This document shows, one piece after another, positions 1 to 8,818 of a stretch of DNA of 64,000 nt (the stretch's first letter is position 1; every line of letters starts with the position of its first letter). Both the position numbers and the translations under genes were made by a program. The notes below the pieces were generated by a model that ran no database searches, was not told the DNA's origin, and saw only the letters and a list, made by a program, of their open reading frames with translations. Source of the DNA: an uncultured Acidobacteriota bacterium (GTDB lineage Bacteria; Acidobacteriota; Polarisedimenticolia; JACPZX01); the NCBI GenBank assembly GCA_964568735.1, contig CAZMRF010000016.1, forward strand, positions 2,037 to 66,036. The letters run 5' to 3'.

Positions 1-1
1 T

Positions 2-1087
2 GTCAGAGCTCGAGGAGACCGTCCGGTCCGCGAGCGTTTCCGAGAAGAGGGCCTGCCCGGCCACCTGAACGCGGTAGCGCCTGGCCCCCGGGATCTTCTG
101 CCAGGACAGCTCCACGGCGCCCTCGTCGGCATCGCCGAGCTGGATGATCTTGTGGTCGATGGGCTCTTCGAGCAGCGGCGTGGGAGGGAGGGTCGTCTTC
201 TCCGAAACCCGCGCCTCTCGATCCACCTCCACGCCCTCGCCGGCCTCCAGCGCGACGCCGGCTCCCCCCTGGGTCGAGGCGACCTTGGTTCGGCCCGAGT
301 GCACGGCCAGCCGCGTCCTGCCCTGCCTGTCGTCGTAGGCGACCTCGAGGTTGGCGCGCTGCTGGGTCGTTGCCACCGTGTTCGTCGTCGCGATCTCGTG
401 GAAGGAACCCTCGGCCGTGGTGTCCTGCGTCATCGAGGCGATCCGGCCCTCGCGGAGCTGCTCCCTCACCTGCTGGATACGGGTCGAGGGGTTGTCGTAG
501 AGCTCCTTGATCTCGAGGAGGGAGCCCGGGGTGACCGTGGTGATCGTGCCGTTGAAGTAGATGATCTGCGCGGCGGAGCGCGAGCTCGTCTTGATCTGGT
601 CCCCCGCCGAGAGCGGCATGCCCTTCTCGGCCGGGATCCAGACCATCTCGCGCGCCTTCTTGACCCGGACGTCGCCTTCGATCTTGTAGAACTGGGCCGC
701 CCGCGCGACCTCACCCTTCAGGAGCGAGAGGAGCCGGCGGGCGCTCATCTGGGACTGCTCGGCCGACCGGGTGGCATCCTCGAAATTGGAGGCGTCGAAA
801 TGTCGCCTCGCCTCCGCGAGGAGCCGCTGGGCCGTCTCCTTCAGCTCGGTCCCCTCCGCCGGCGTCGCCTGTGAGCTGGCCTGCTCGAGACTCTTCTCGG
901 CCGCCGAGATCGACTCTGCGGCGCGCTTCTTCGGGCTCCCCTCGTAGACGTACTTGTAGTAGACCGCTCCGCCGACCGCCCCGGCCGCCAGGACGAGCGT
1001 GGCGATGCCGAGCACGATCGATCTATAGGAGACGGTGAACCAATCGAGGAGAATGGCGGGCTTCCGGTCCGGCTTGTTCAGCGCCAT
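2..1087 (-). CDS. FecR-domain membrane-anchored protein with probable C-terminal FN3-like domain (runs off the left edge)
   Basis: Not in the ORF track because no stop falls in the window. Manual translation from ATG 1087: MALNKPDRKPAILLDWFTVSYRSIVLGIATLVLAAGAVGGAVYY (TM), then IEGDVRVKK...LSAGDQIKTSSRSAAQIIYFNGTITTV (FecR-like) and VELSWQKIPGARRYRVQVA (FN3-like). Confidence 0.75.
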   Translation of the reverse strand, partial: MALNKPDRKPAILLDWFTVSYRSIVLGIATLVLAAGAVGGAVYYKYVYEGSPKKRAAESISAAEKSLEQASSQATPAEGTELKETAQRLLAEARRHFDASNFEDATRSAEQSQMSARRLLSLLKGEVARAAQFYKIEGDVRVKKAREMVWIPAEKGMPLSAGDQIKTSSRSAAQIIYFNGTITTVTPGSLLEIKELYDNPSTRIQQVREQLREGRIASMTQDTTAEGSFHEIATTNTVATTQQRANLEVAYDDRQGRTRLAVHSGRTKVASTQGGAGVALEAGEGVEVDREARVSEKTTLPPTPLLEEPIDHKIIQLGDADEGAVELSWQKIPGARRYRVQVAGQALFSETLADRTVSSSSD

Positions 1088-1341
1088 GATCTGCCCGGGT
1101 CCGGGAAGAACCTCATCCGGGAATACTCACAGGCGGGGGCCAGGAGGGTGGCAGGGAACGCTCTCGTAATGTGCGACGGCTGGCTCGGGTTAAGTGCTTT
1201 GTTATCAGTTCTTTAGACAGGGCCGGTCGCGACGGGCGCCAATATAACACATCACCTCCGGAGGCGCCACAAGCCTCCTGCGCTCCTGCTTGATGGCCTT
1301 GCGGATGCACCGTAGAATGCTCGCTTCCCCGGGAGACAAAA

Positions 1342-3273
1342 ATGCTTGACATCGTCCGCCGAAGCAAGGGGTTCACGCGAGTCATTCTCAGTTTCGTTGT
1401 CGTCGCGGTGGCCGGCACCTTCGGCGTCGCTCTTTATGGCATCTGGGGAGGCGGGCTCTCCGACGCCAAGAAGGGTGCCTCGGACTGGATCGCCGTCGTG
1501 GACGGCGAGCGCATCCCCGCCTCGGAGTTCCAGCAGAACCGGGCGGCCCTCGAGCGCGACATTCGCGAGCGGCTGGGGGATCAGCCCTTCGACGAGGCTA
1601 CGCTCGGGGCGCTCGTCGACCGGCAGGCGCTCGGGACGATTCTCGGGACTTTCCTGGCCCAGAAGGAGGCCGACCGCGCGGGGCTCCGCGTCACCTCCGG
1701 CGAGGTCTCCGAGGCCATCGTGAAGATCCCGGTCTTCAGCAGGAACGGCCGCTTCATCGGCGTCAAGGAGTACCGCGACCTCCTGCGCGCCCAGGGCCTC
1801 GACATGGCCCACTTCGAGCGGCAGCTCGCGAGGGAGCTGGCCGCAGACAAGGTCCGGCGCGCTCTCACCAGCCTCGTCCACGTGGATGAGCGCGAGGTCG
1901 AGCGGAGGTTCCGCAGCGAGGTCGTGCGCGCCGACGTGAACTACGTCCTCGTCGCCGACGCCGACCATGCCGCCAGGTCGGCTCCCGCTGAAGCCGAGCT
2001 GCGAGCGTGGTTCGCGGCCCGGACCGCGGACTACATGACCGCAGAGAAGCGGGACACTTCGTTCGTCCTCTTCGACCGCGAGGCCCGGGCTGCCGCCATC
2101 GAGGTCAGCGATGAGGACCTGCGGCAGCGGTACGAAGCGGACAAGGCCACGCGATACACCCACGGCGAGCAGCGGAGAGCGTCGCACATCCTCTTCCGGC
2201 TCGATTCGGGCTCCGCTCCCGACCTGGAGGCGGCCAAGGAGCGCTCCGCGAACGAGGCGCTCGCCGCCATCCGCGCGGGCCAGGACTTCGCCGAGGCGGC
2301 CAGGGCTCGCTCCGAGGATCCGACCACGGCCCCGACGGGCGGCGACCTCGGCTGGTTCGAGAAAGGCCGGATGGTCAAGGAGTTCGAGGACGCGGCCTTC
2401 ACGCTGGCGCCCGGCGCCGTGAGCGGGGTGGTCCGGAGCCCCTTCGGCTTCCACATCATCAAGACCACCGACAGCCGCCCCCCGGGCACCCGGCCCTACG
2501 ATGAGGTGCGGGAGGATATCCGGCGGGGCATCGCCGTTCAGCGCGCCCAGGACGAGGTCCGCGCCGCGGCCGATGCGTTCACCACGCGCCTCGCCTCCCA
2601 GGATTCCTCCTTCGAGAGCACGGCCGCAGAGATGGGATTGGCAGTCGAGCACACCGGACCCGTGGCTCGCGGAGAGCCGGCCGGCAGACTGGGGCGGCTT
2701 CCCATGGCCGAGGACGCGATCTTCTCGCTGTCGCAGGGGGGGAACAGCGCCGCCGTGTCAGTCCCCCAGGGGCTCGCGGCCTTCCATCTCGACACGATCG
2801 CCGAGCCGCAGCCGGAGGCCTTCGAGAGCGTGCGCGAGAAAGTCGGGGAGGAATGGAAGACGGCGCGCGCGAGAGAGCAGGCGAGAGCCGAGGCGGCGAA
2901 GATCTCACGCGCCTCGGGGGATCTCCGCTCGCGAACCTCCGGAACGAAGCTCACCGTGGCGAGCCTCGCCGCGGTGACCCGGAGCCAGCCGATGCCGCCC
3001 CTGACCGATGCCGCGAAGGATGCGGCCTTCTCCGCGCCCCCCGGATCTGTGGTCGGCCCCTTCGACACCGCCGACGGCCTCGTTCTCCTCGAGGTCACCC
3101 GGATGGAGCCCTCGACGCCCGCGGCCGCCGAGGCCGAGCGCGCCACGCTGCGGACGCGGCTCCGCGAGGAGGAGCAGGAGGAGATGTACCGGGCCATGAT
3201 GACCCGGCTCGAGCGCAACTCCGAGGTCGAGATCAACTACGCGCTGACCCGGGTGGGCGCCGCCTCGCAATAA
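1342..3273 (+). CDS. ppiD: Peptidyl-prolyl cis-trans isomerase D (SurA N-terminal + parvulin/rotamase domain)
   Basis: N-terminal TM, SurA_N-like IAVVDGERI, rotamase motifs RRASHIL, SEDPTTAPTGGDLGWF, VRSPFGFHIIK; 643 aa. Confidence 0.85.
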   Translation: MLDIVRRSKGFTRVILSFVVVAVAGTFGVALYGIWGGGLSDAKKGASDWIAVVDGERIPASEFQQNRAALERDIRERLGDQPFDEATLGALVDRQALGTILGTFLAQKEADRAGLRVTSGEVSEAIVKIPVFSRNGRFIGVKEYRDLLRAQGLDMAHFERQLARELAADKVRRALTSLVHVDEREVERRFRSEVVRADVNYVLVADADHAARSAPAEAELRAWFAARTADYMTAEKRDTSFVLFDREARAAAIEVSDEDLRQRYEADKATRYTHGEQRRASHILFRLDSGSAPDLEAAKERSANEALAAIRAGQDFAEAARARSEDPTTAPTGGDLGWFEKGRMVKEFEDAAFTLAPGAVSGVVRSPFGFHIIKTTDSRPPGTRPYDEVREDIRRGIAVQRAQDEVRAAADAFTTRLASQDSSFESTAAEMGLAVEHTGPVARGEPAGRLGRLPMAEDAIFSLSQGGNSAAVSVPQGLAAFHLDTIAEPQPEAFESVREKVGEEWKTARAREQARAEAAKISRASGDLRSRTSGTKLTVASLAAVTRSQPMPPLTDAAKDAAFSAPPGSVVGPFDTADGLVLLEVTRMEPSTPAAAEAERATLRTRLREEEQEEMYRAMMTRLERNSEVEINYALTRVGAASQ

Positions 3274-3358
3274 TCCCGGGCCGCACCCGACCTTCGTACC
3301 TGGCGGATCCCCAGGTGGGGGAACATATTCGCGCCACCCCCGTCCGAGGAACCCCCCG

Positions 3359-3886
3359 ATGAAACGATCCGCCTCCGAAAGGAGCTTCGCCAGGGGCCTT
3401 CGAAGCCTTGAGCGAGGCAACCTCGTCGAAGCACTTGCCTACTTCGAAGCCACTCTGAAGCTCCAGGAAAAGACGCCTGCCACCGCACTCAGGGCGAGGT
3501 ACGTCTCCTACTACGGCTACTGCCTCGCCGCAGCCCTGGGCAGGACCAAGGAAGGGCTCGAGTTGTGCGGGCGCGCGGCGAGCTCCGATCTCTTCTCCCC
3601 CGAGATCTACCTGAACCTGGCGCGGGTCCACCTCTTGGTGGATGACAAGAGGAACGCGTGGAGGGCCCTCGTGCGGGGTCTGAGCCTGGATCCGGGCCAC
3701 CGTGATATCCGGGGCGAGATGCGAAGGATGGGTTTGCGGCGGCGCCCGGTGCTGACCTTCCTGGATCGATCACATCCCCTCAACCGTGCCGCCGGGAAGA
3801 TTGCCGGCCGGGTGGTAACGCCGGCCGGATCCAAGAGGGGAACTCCGGACAAAAAAAAGAAGACAACCTTTTCCTGGTGGAGCTGA
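3359..3886 (+). CDS. TPR-like protein
   Basis: Helical TPR pattern (YLNLARVHLLVDDKRNAWRALVRGLSLDP). The stop codon lies 12 nt inside the 3' end of the convergent tRNA-Ala. Confidence 0.7.
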   Translation: MKRSASERSFARGLRSLERGNLVEALAYFEATLKLQEKTPATALRARYVSYYGYCLAAALGRTKEGLELCGRAASSDLFSPEIYLNLARVHLLVDDKRNAWRALVRGLSLDPGHRDIRGEMRRMGLRRRPVLTFLDRSHPLNRAAGKIAGRVVTPAGSKRGTPDKKKKTTFSWWS

Positions 3887-3950
3887 CGGGATTCGAACCC
3901 GTGACCTCCTGACTGCCAGTCAGGCGCGCTCCCATCTGCGCCACAGCCCC
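3875..3950 (-). tRNA. tRNA-Ala(GGC)
   Basis: Reverse complement GGGGCTGTGGCGCAGATGGGAGCGCGCCTGACTGGCAGTCAGGAGGTCACGGGTTCGAATCCCGTCAGCTCCACCA; 76 nt, anticodon GGC, T-loop TTCGAAT, encoded CCA. Confidence 0.97.
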
Positions 3951-4057
3951 GGTACAGGAAACGTTGTCTTCTAGGTCTTCAGGCTGGTGTAACCTTCTCC
4001 GGAGAAGGTCGCCGCGCTCATCGCGCAGCGTCGAGCTTGTCGACGCCTACCGACGAA

Positions 4058-4123
4058 CTACCGGCGGCGCTTGGTAGCGGTCTTCTTGGCCTTCTTAGCG
4101 GCCTTCTTTCTCTTTTTTGCCAC
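4058..4123 (-). CDS. Small Lys/Arg-rich basic protein (21 aa, MAKKRKKAAKKAKKTATKRRR)
   Basis: GTG start preceded by a GGAGGAG Shine-Dalgarno; histone H1-like AKK repeats; below the ORF-track length cutoff. Confidence 0.7.
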   Translation of the reverse strand: MAKKRKKAAKKAKKTATKRRR

Positions 4124-4356
4124 TCTGGGTACTCCTCCATAGGTTGCGGGGGCGGCTCATCTCCTCACGAGCCAGCCTTCCAACCAACGACGGGGTTGCG
4201 GCCGCAATCCCGTCAGCCAATGAAACCGTACGTGCTCACGACCTCGGTGGCTTCGCCTTGAGACCCATGCATCGCATGTCAAACAACCATGACGGACTCG
4301 AGGTCGCGTATCAATGATAGCGACACGAGCGTCAATATACTGCAACGCGTGAAAAC

Positions 4357-5331
4357 ATGTCAACGATTCTTTTGAGATCTTTCCTGCCGAGAGGGGTGTG
4401 CCGCCTCCTGCCGCTCGCCACGATCATCTGCGCGCTCACCGCCCATGCGACGGCGCACGCCGGGCTTCAGGAACTTCGCGACGATGACGCGCAACGAAGC
4501 GATGACGCACCGGGACCTCTCGCCCGATTCCTTGCGGAGCACGGCGCGCACCTCCTGCTCGCCGTGGGGACGGACTACGCCGCCAAGATCTACAGCGACT
4601 CCGTCGGTCCCTCCAGGGATCCGCTCCTCTTCTCGTCGGCCGGCGTCATCGACACATGGGTCCGCGACGAGGTCGCAGGCCCTTCCAGGGAGCGGGGGTT
4701 CATCGAGCAGGACGGGCTGGAAGCGCTCAAGCTCGCGGTTCCGCTCGCCCTCGCCGGAATCAACATCGGGAACGGCGAGGCCATGGCGAGAGACCTCGTC
4801 GGGTATGCGGAGCTGTATTTCATGAAGCGGGCCATCGTCCGTTTCGCCAAGGACGTCATCGGGCGGGAGCGCCCGCCCCTGGAGTTCGCCTCCGAGGATG
4901 GCCTCGGACCCAAGAAGACCGCCTCGCTCGACGCCCGAGACGGCAACCACCAGTCCTTCCCTTCCGGGCATGCGAGCGGCTCATTCGCCTGGGCGGGCTA
5001 CCTGGAGCGCGCGATTGCCCGCAAGGTGGGCATGCGGGCCCCGGCACGCGCCGCTTCCTTCACGACGCTCTACGGGCTGGCGGGATACATCTCGTGGTCG
5101 CGTCTCCGCCGGGACAAGCACTTCTTCTCCGATGTGGTGGCCGGCGCGGCGACGGGGATCGGAGTGAGCCGCTACTACTACCGGCTGAACCATCCGGACG
5201 AGTACCCGCCCGCGAGCGATGTCCGTTCCGGGGCGAGCAGGTTCAAGCTGATGCCTCCGATGCCGGTCCCGGGCGGCATGATCCTGATGCTGGAAGTGCG
5301 GCTCGGCCATGCCCGCCCGTCCCCGCAATGA
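4357..5331 (+). CDS. PAP2 superfamily phosphatase
   Basis: Three PAP2 motifs: KDVIGRERP, SFPSGH, SRLRRDKHFFSDV; N-terminal signal peptide. Confidence 0.85.
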   Translation: MSTILLRSFLPRGVCRLLPLATIICALTAHATAHAGLQELRDDDAQRSDDAPGPLARFLAEHGAHLLLAVGTDYAAKIYSDSVGPSRDPLLFSSAGVIDTWVRDEVAGPSRERGFIEQDGLEALKLAVPLALAGINIGNGEAMARDLVGYAELYFMKRAIVRFAKDVIGRERPPLEFASEDGLGPKKTASLDARDGNHQSFPSGHASGSFAWAGYLERAIARKVGMRAPARAASFTTLYGLAGYISWSRLRRDKHFFSDVVAGAATGIGVSRYYYRLNHPDEYPPASDVRSGASRFKLMPPMPVPGGMILMLEVRLGHARPSPQ

Positions 5332-5446
5332 GCGAGACGGCGATCCCGGCTGCACCCTGCACTCGGTGCCCGCGCGATCGGCGCACCGCAGTCCCCGGCG
5401 TGCCGAAGGGCGCCCACCTGGATGGGATGCCGGTGCGGGCTGTGCT

Positions 5447-5475
5447 TTGACCGGGTGATGGCAGGCTGGTACGAT
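5447..5475 (+). promoter_or_regulatory. Sigma70-type promoter of tRNA-Sec
   Basis: TTGACC (5447-5452), 17 bp, TACGAT (5470-5475), with extended -10 TG. Confidence 0.6.
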
Positions 5476-5492
5476 CGGGCCCTCAACCCAGG

Positions 5493-5590
5493 GGAAGCGA
5501 ATCGGGGCTGGTGTCTCGCACGGACTTCAAATCCGTCGGCGGTCCGCGGAAGCGGGTCGCGGTGGGTTCGATTCCCACGCGCTTCCGCCA
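5493..5590 (+). tRNA. selC: tRNA-Sec(TCA)
   Basis: 98 nt; starts GGAAGCG, ends CGCTTCCGCCA; anticodon arm ACGGA-CT-TCA-AA-TCCGT; long variable arm; T-loop GTTCGATTC. Confidence 0.95.
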
Positions 5591-5598
5591 AACACGCA

Positions 5599-8007
5599 TT
5601 ACGGGCAGATTCGTCCCGTCCGAGGCGTTCCATCCGACTGGGTTCCAAGGGGCCCCATGCCCACGGCGCCGGGACAAGCGTTCTCGGCGCGGACCAGGTA
5701 GTAGATGATCTGCCCCGTAGCGGGCATGGTCGCATCCATGGCGACCAGATCGTCCCCGTCGTCTGACTCCACGCACGTGGCCGCACCGGAGAAGTCCCCT
5801 GCAGCCGGCGTACGCAGCGCGTCGTAGGCCCATGAGCTTGCCCCCGCCATCGCCGGCGGCAGCCAGTCCAGCGTGACCCCGTCGGCTCGCACCGTGAGGT
5901 CGGGCACCTCCCCGGGCGTGGACCAGGCCCCCGCGTCGGCGTCGTCGCAGTCCTGCACCGCCCCGTTCGGGCAGGAGAGGCCACCCTCCGCCCCGTAGCC
6001 GTCGCCGTCCGCGTCGGTGCACTGGCACGCGCCGATGGCGCCGGCTGCGTAGATCACCAGGATCTCGGCGGCGCTGAGGGCCTGGTCGTAGATCTGGACC
6101 TCGTCGATCTCTCCCTGGAAGAGGCAGGCCCCGCCGCAGCTCCCCAGGGTCAAGCGCCGGTTCGAGTCCCCCGTGCTCAGCGTGCCCACCGTCCCCGTCC
6201 CGAGCGTCCCCACGCCGTCCATGTAGAAGGTGACGTGCGTCCCGTCCCCGACCGCGGCCACATGGTGCCAGCCGCTGGTCGTGATCACGTTCGTCCCACT
6301 GCTCGACTCGATCACGGGAACGCCCGGTGTGGCGTTGACCAGGCCGACCCTGAGGTGCTGGAGCCCATCCGAGTTCTCCCAGATGAAGAAGTGCCCCTTG
6401 TCCGAGGTGGTGTCGGTGTTGCCGGTGATCGCCTGCTGCAGCAGCGCCGCCGGATTGTCCAGCCGCATCCACGCGACGATGCTGAACACTCCCGTGTTCT
6501 GGATGAAGGAGTAGGTCGACGGGTCGCCGATCGAGCCGACGAGATCGTCCAACCCGTCGAAGCTGAACGCCTGGCCGACCCGGCCCGCCACGTACGACAG
6601 CCCGTTCTGCGCGGTGCCGTCATGCCCGCCTCGGATGTCGTCGGCATTGCCGTCGCCGGGCCAGAAGCTCACGAGGCCGGTTCCAAGCGTTGCGCAGGGG
6701 CAGCCGCCCGGGATACCTTCATCGATCTGGCCGTCGCAGTCGTCGTCCACACCGTTGCAGAGCTCCGGCGCCCCGGAATGGATCGTCGGGTCACCCTCAT
6801 CGCAGTCGCCGTCGCACCCGGTCAGCCCGTCGCCGTCGTAATCCAGGCAGTTCATGCACGTCAGGCCGCCGATGACATCGTAACCGAGGTCCCCGCAGCG
6901 ACCCAGCCGGCAGTTCGCCGTGGTGGTGCTGACCGCCTCCGGTGCTTTCCCGAAGTGCGTGCGTAGCCGCACGCAAGTGTCGCGCGCCACAATGACCTGC
7001 GCGTTGGCGTCGGGAGGGTAGTGCGTCGCTGCCGCCGACCAGCCGTTCGGATCGAGCGACCCGTAGGGATCGGCCGGGTTGACGATGGCCTGGGCCTCGA
7101 CCACGTAGCGGACCAGAGGCCCCATGTCCGCAGTACCGACGCCCCCTCCGGGGTTGGAGATGGTTGAATTCGTCGAAGGCCGGCTGCTCAGGTCACTGTG
7201 CAGGACCGCCGGACTCCATCCCAGGTCGAGGATCATGGTGGTTACGTCCAGGAAGGCGATGTTCTGGACCAGGATTGTGTTGGGGTCGCCGGGATCGGGC
7301 TGGCCGGGGATCCGCTGCCAGGGGATGATGTCGTTGCGCCCGGTGATCGGATTCGCGCCGCCGTTCGAGACTTGCTTGAAGTTGAAATCGCCGCGGCCGA
7401 AATCGGACGGTCCCGTGCGAGGTGATGTCGCCACCGCCGCAACCGCGAAGAAGTTGTCGGAGGTCTCCCTCAGGAGGGCGCCCATCGGATAGTCGACGAC
7501 CCAATCGTTGCTGGGGACGAGATAGTGAAGGTCCTGCCAATAGTAGACATTGAACTCCGGGTTCAAATACCCGTCGTCGCCCGTCCCGCCCGGCAAATTG
7601 GGGTCGCGGAAGTTGTCGCAGCAGCCGTCAACGCCCGAGTTGCCAAAGTTGTTGTTTCGGAGGCAGAGGGCCCCCTGGGGGACCCTGGCATCACCACCCA
7701 GAGAGGCCCTGGCGTCCACGAGGTCGGGGGTGAAGCCTCCGCTGTCATTCCCGTTGAAGGTCGTGGCGTCACTGTTGCCTGTGCCGTTGCTTCCAAGGCC
7801 GGTGTTCAGAATCTCGTTGCCGAAGCCGATCTGCCACCAAACCCCGCTGACGGCACCCGATCCGGCCGGGGGCGGGGCGAACCACGCCCTTTCCGCGCAC
7901 TGGAAGATCGCGAAGCCGCCGAACTCATTGCAAATGGCGAAAGTCTCTCCAGTCCACCCCGCTGCGACCACGGCGAGAGCCGCAAGGTGGCGCGAGACCG
8001 CGCGCAT
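5599..8007 (-). CDS. Secreted multi-domain protein: Cys-rich N-terminal domain, DxDGDG/MopE-like metal-binding repeats, LamG-like jellyroll, Cys-containing C-terminal domain
   Basis: Signal peptide from ATG 8007 (the ORF extends to 8127); DYDGDG..DCDE..APELCNGVDDDCDG; LamG motifs WHHVAAV and FQGEIDEVQIYDQALS. Confidence 0.8.
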   Translation of the reverse strand: MRAVSRHLAALAVVAAGWTGETFAICNEFGGFAIFQCAERAWFAPPPAGSGAVSGVWWQIGFGNEILNTGLGSNGTGNSDATTFNGNDSGGFTPDLVDARASLGGDARVPQGALCLRNNNFGNSGVDGCCDNFRDPNLPGGTGDDGYLNPEFNVYYWQDLHYLVPSNDWVVDYPMGALLRETSDNFFAVAAVATSPRTGPSDFGRGDFNFKQVSNGGANPITGRNDIIPWQRIPGQPDPGDPNTILVQNIAFLDVTTMILDLGWSPAVLHSDLSSRPSTNSTISNPGGGVGTADMGPLVRYVVEAQAIVNPADPYGSLDPNGWSAAATHYPPDANAQVIVARDTCVRLRTHFGKAPEAVSTTTANCRLGRCGDLGYDVIGGLTCMNCLDYDGDGLTGCDGDCDEGDPTIHSGAPELCNGVDDDCDGQIDEGIPGGCPCATLGTGLVSFWPGDGNADDIRGGHDGTAQNGLSYVAGRVGQAFSFDGLDDLVGSIGDPSTYSFIQNTGVFSIVAWMRLDNPAALLQQAITGNTDTTSDKGHFFIWENSDGLQHLRVGLVNATPGVPVIESSSGTNVITTSGWHHVAAVGDGTHVTFYMDGVGTLGTGTVGTLSTGDSNRRLTLGSCGGACLFQGEIDEVQIYDQALSAAEILVIYAAGAIGACQCTDADGDGYGAEGGLSCPNGAVQDCDDADAGAWSTPGEVPDLTVRADGVTLDWLPPAMAGASSWAYDALRTPAAGDFSGAATCVESDDGDDLVAMDATMPATGQIIYYLVRAENACPGAVGMGPLGTQSDGTPRTGRICP

Positions 8008-8307
8008 CCGGGCGGAGCCGGACACCTTGTGACTCGCCGGACCCCCCTCCCGGGGCATCTCCCGATGTCGACTTGCTTCTGAGGATAGGAACTCCAAGCT
8101 GCACTCTCGGCTCTCCTGCGGGCGCATGGCCGCCTCGGGCAGTGAACAAGGGCGATTGGATGGGAGTTTCAGCTGACGGGGCGGGTCCGCATTACTTCTT
8201 GTGTACGAGCTCCCCTGTCGAATTCCAGGGACGCGGCCGGGATCAGCGTTCAGCGCACAACGGAAGGTACGCCAGCAGCAAGAACACGATGCTCCGCAGC
8301 GTCGGTG

Positions 8308-8336
8308 TTCTTACCGTGAAACTGTGAGTCTGTCAA
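8308..8336 (-). promoter_or_regulatory. Candidate sigma70 promoter for the LamG-protein gene
   Basis: TTGACA, 17 bp, TAAGAA on the minus strand; the -10 overlaps an inverted repeat at 8280-8312. Confidence 0.4.
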
Positions 8337-8548
8337 GAAGAAAACCGATTCGAGGGTCAGATAAGCCGCTCATTCCCCTGTCGATTCCGGGTTCTCCGGG
8401 GTGGCACGCCGCGTGATTATCGCCCCGCCATGCAATGGCCCCGCACCCCGGTCGAGCGCGTGCAACTCTTCCGGCCCCTGTTCTGCCCCTGGCCGGCCTG
8501 CCCCGAGCACCGCCGCCGTACTCGCGGCTTCCGCTTCCGCCGCCACGG

Positions 8549-8647
8549 CTCCTACTCCAGATCTTCGGTGTGGATGGGGACGTGCCCAAGAGCGACCTGA
8601 ACCGCAAGACGTTCAGCCAGGTGGTGCACACCGACGTCACGCCCTGA
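8549..8647 (+). pseudogene. 3' fragment of a paralog of the 8936-10369 gene
   Basis: Encodes LLLQIFGVDGDVPKSDLNRKTFSQVVHTDVTP*, which aligns without gaps to LYIRVFGVIRGVPKLRANRLTFSPVVRVDVTP* (10271-10369). No matching upstream part. Confidence 0.75.
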
Positions 8648-8664
8648 CGCGCAAGCTTCCTCTC
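8632..8664 (+). repeat. 33-bp exact direct repeat, copy 1 (copy 2 at 10354-10386)
   Basis: CGACGTCACGCCCTGACGCGCAAGCTTCCTCTC at both positions; spans the stop codon and 17 nt of 3' non-coding sequence. Confidence 0.9.
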
Positions 8665-8754
8665 CAGCCGCCCTGTGACCCTCCCGAAGCCGGAACCGGG
8701 CGTGGCCTCAATACGAGCAGGCCCCTGTCGCACCGTGCGGCACCCTGCACTCCC

Positions 8755-8780
8755 TTCAATTCCCACGCGCTTCCGCAAAA
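8755..8780 (+). repeat. att-like duplicate of the tRNA-Sec 3' end
   Basis: 18-bp exact ATTCCCACGCGCTTCCGC (8759-8776 = 5571-5588), extending to 24/26 identity with 5567-5592. Confidence 0.85.
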
Positions 8781-8818
8781 TACCCTCTGTAAATACAGGT
8801 CTCGCGGCGGGATGATTT

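Noticed and set aside
1191-1215. AT-rich imperfect palindrome TAAGTGCTTTGTTATCAGTTCTTTA between divergent genes
   Set aside because: Single, poorly symmetric copy; it cannot be assigned as a dif site or operator from the sequence alone.
8010-8310. Possible riboswitch in the long leader of the LamG gene
   Set aside because: One hairpin (8280-8312) is visible, but I could not match any riboswitch consensus by eye.
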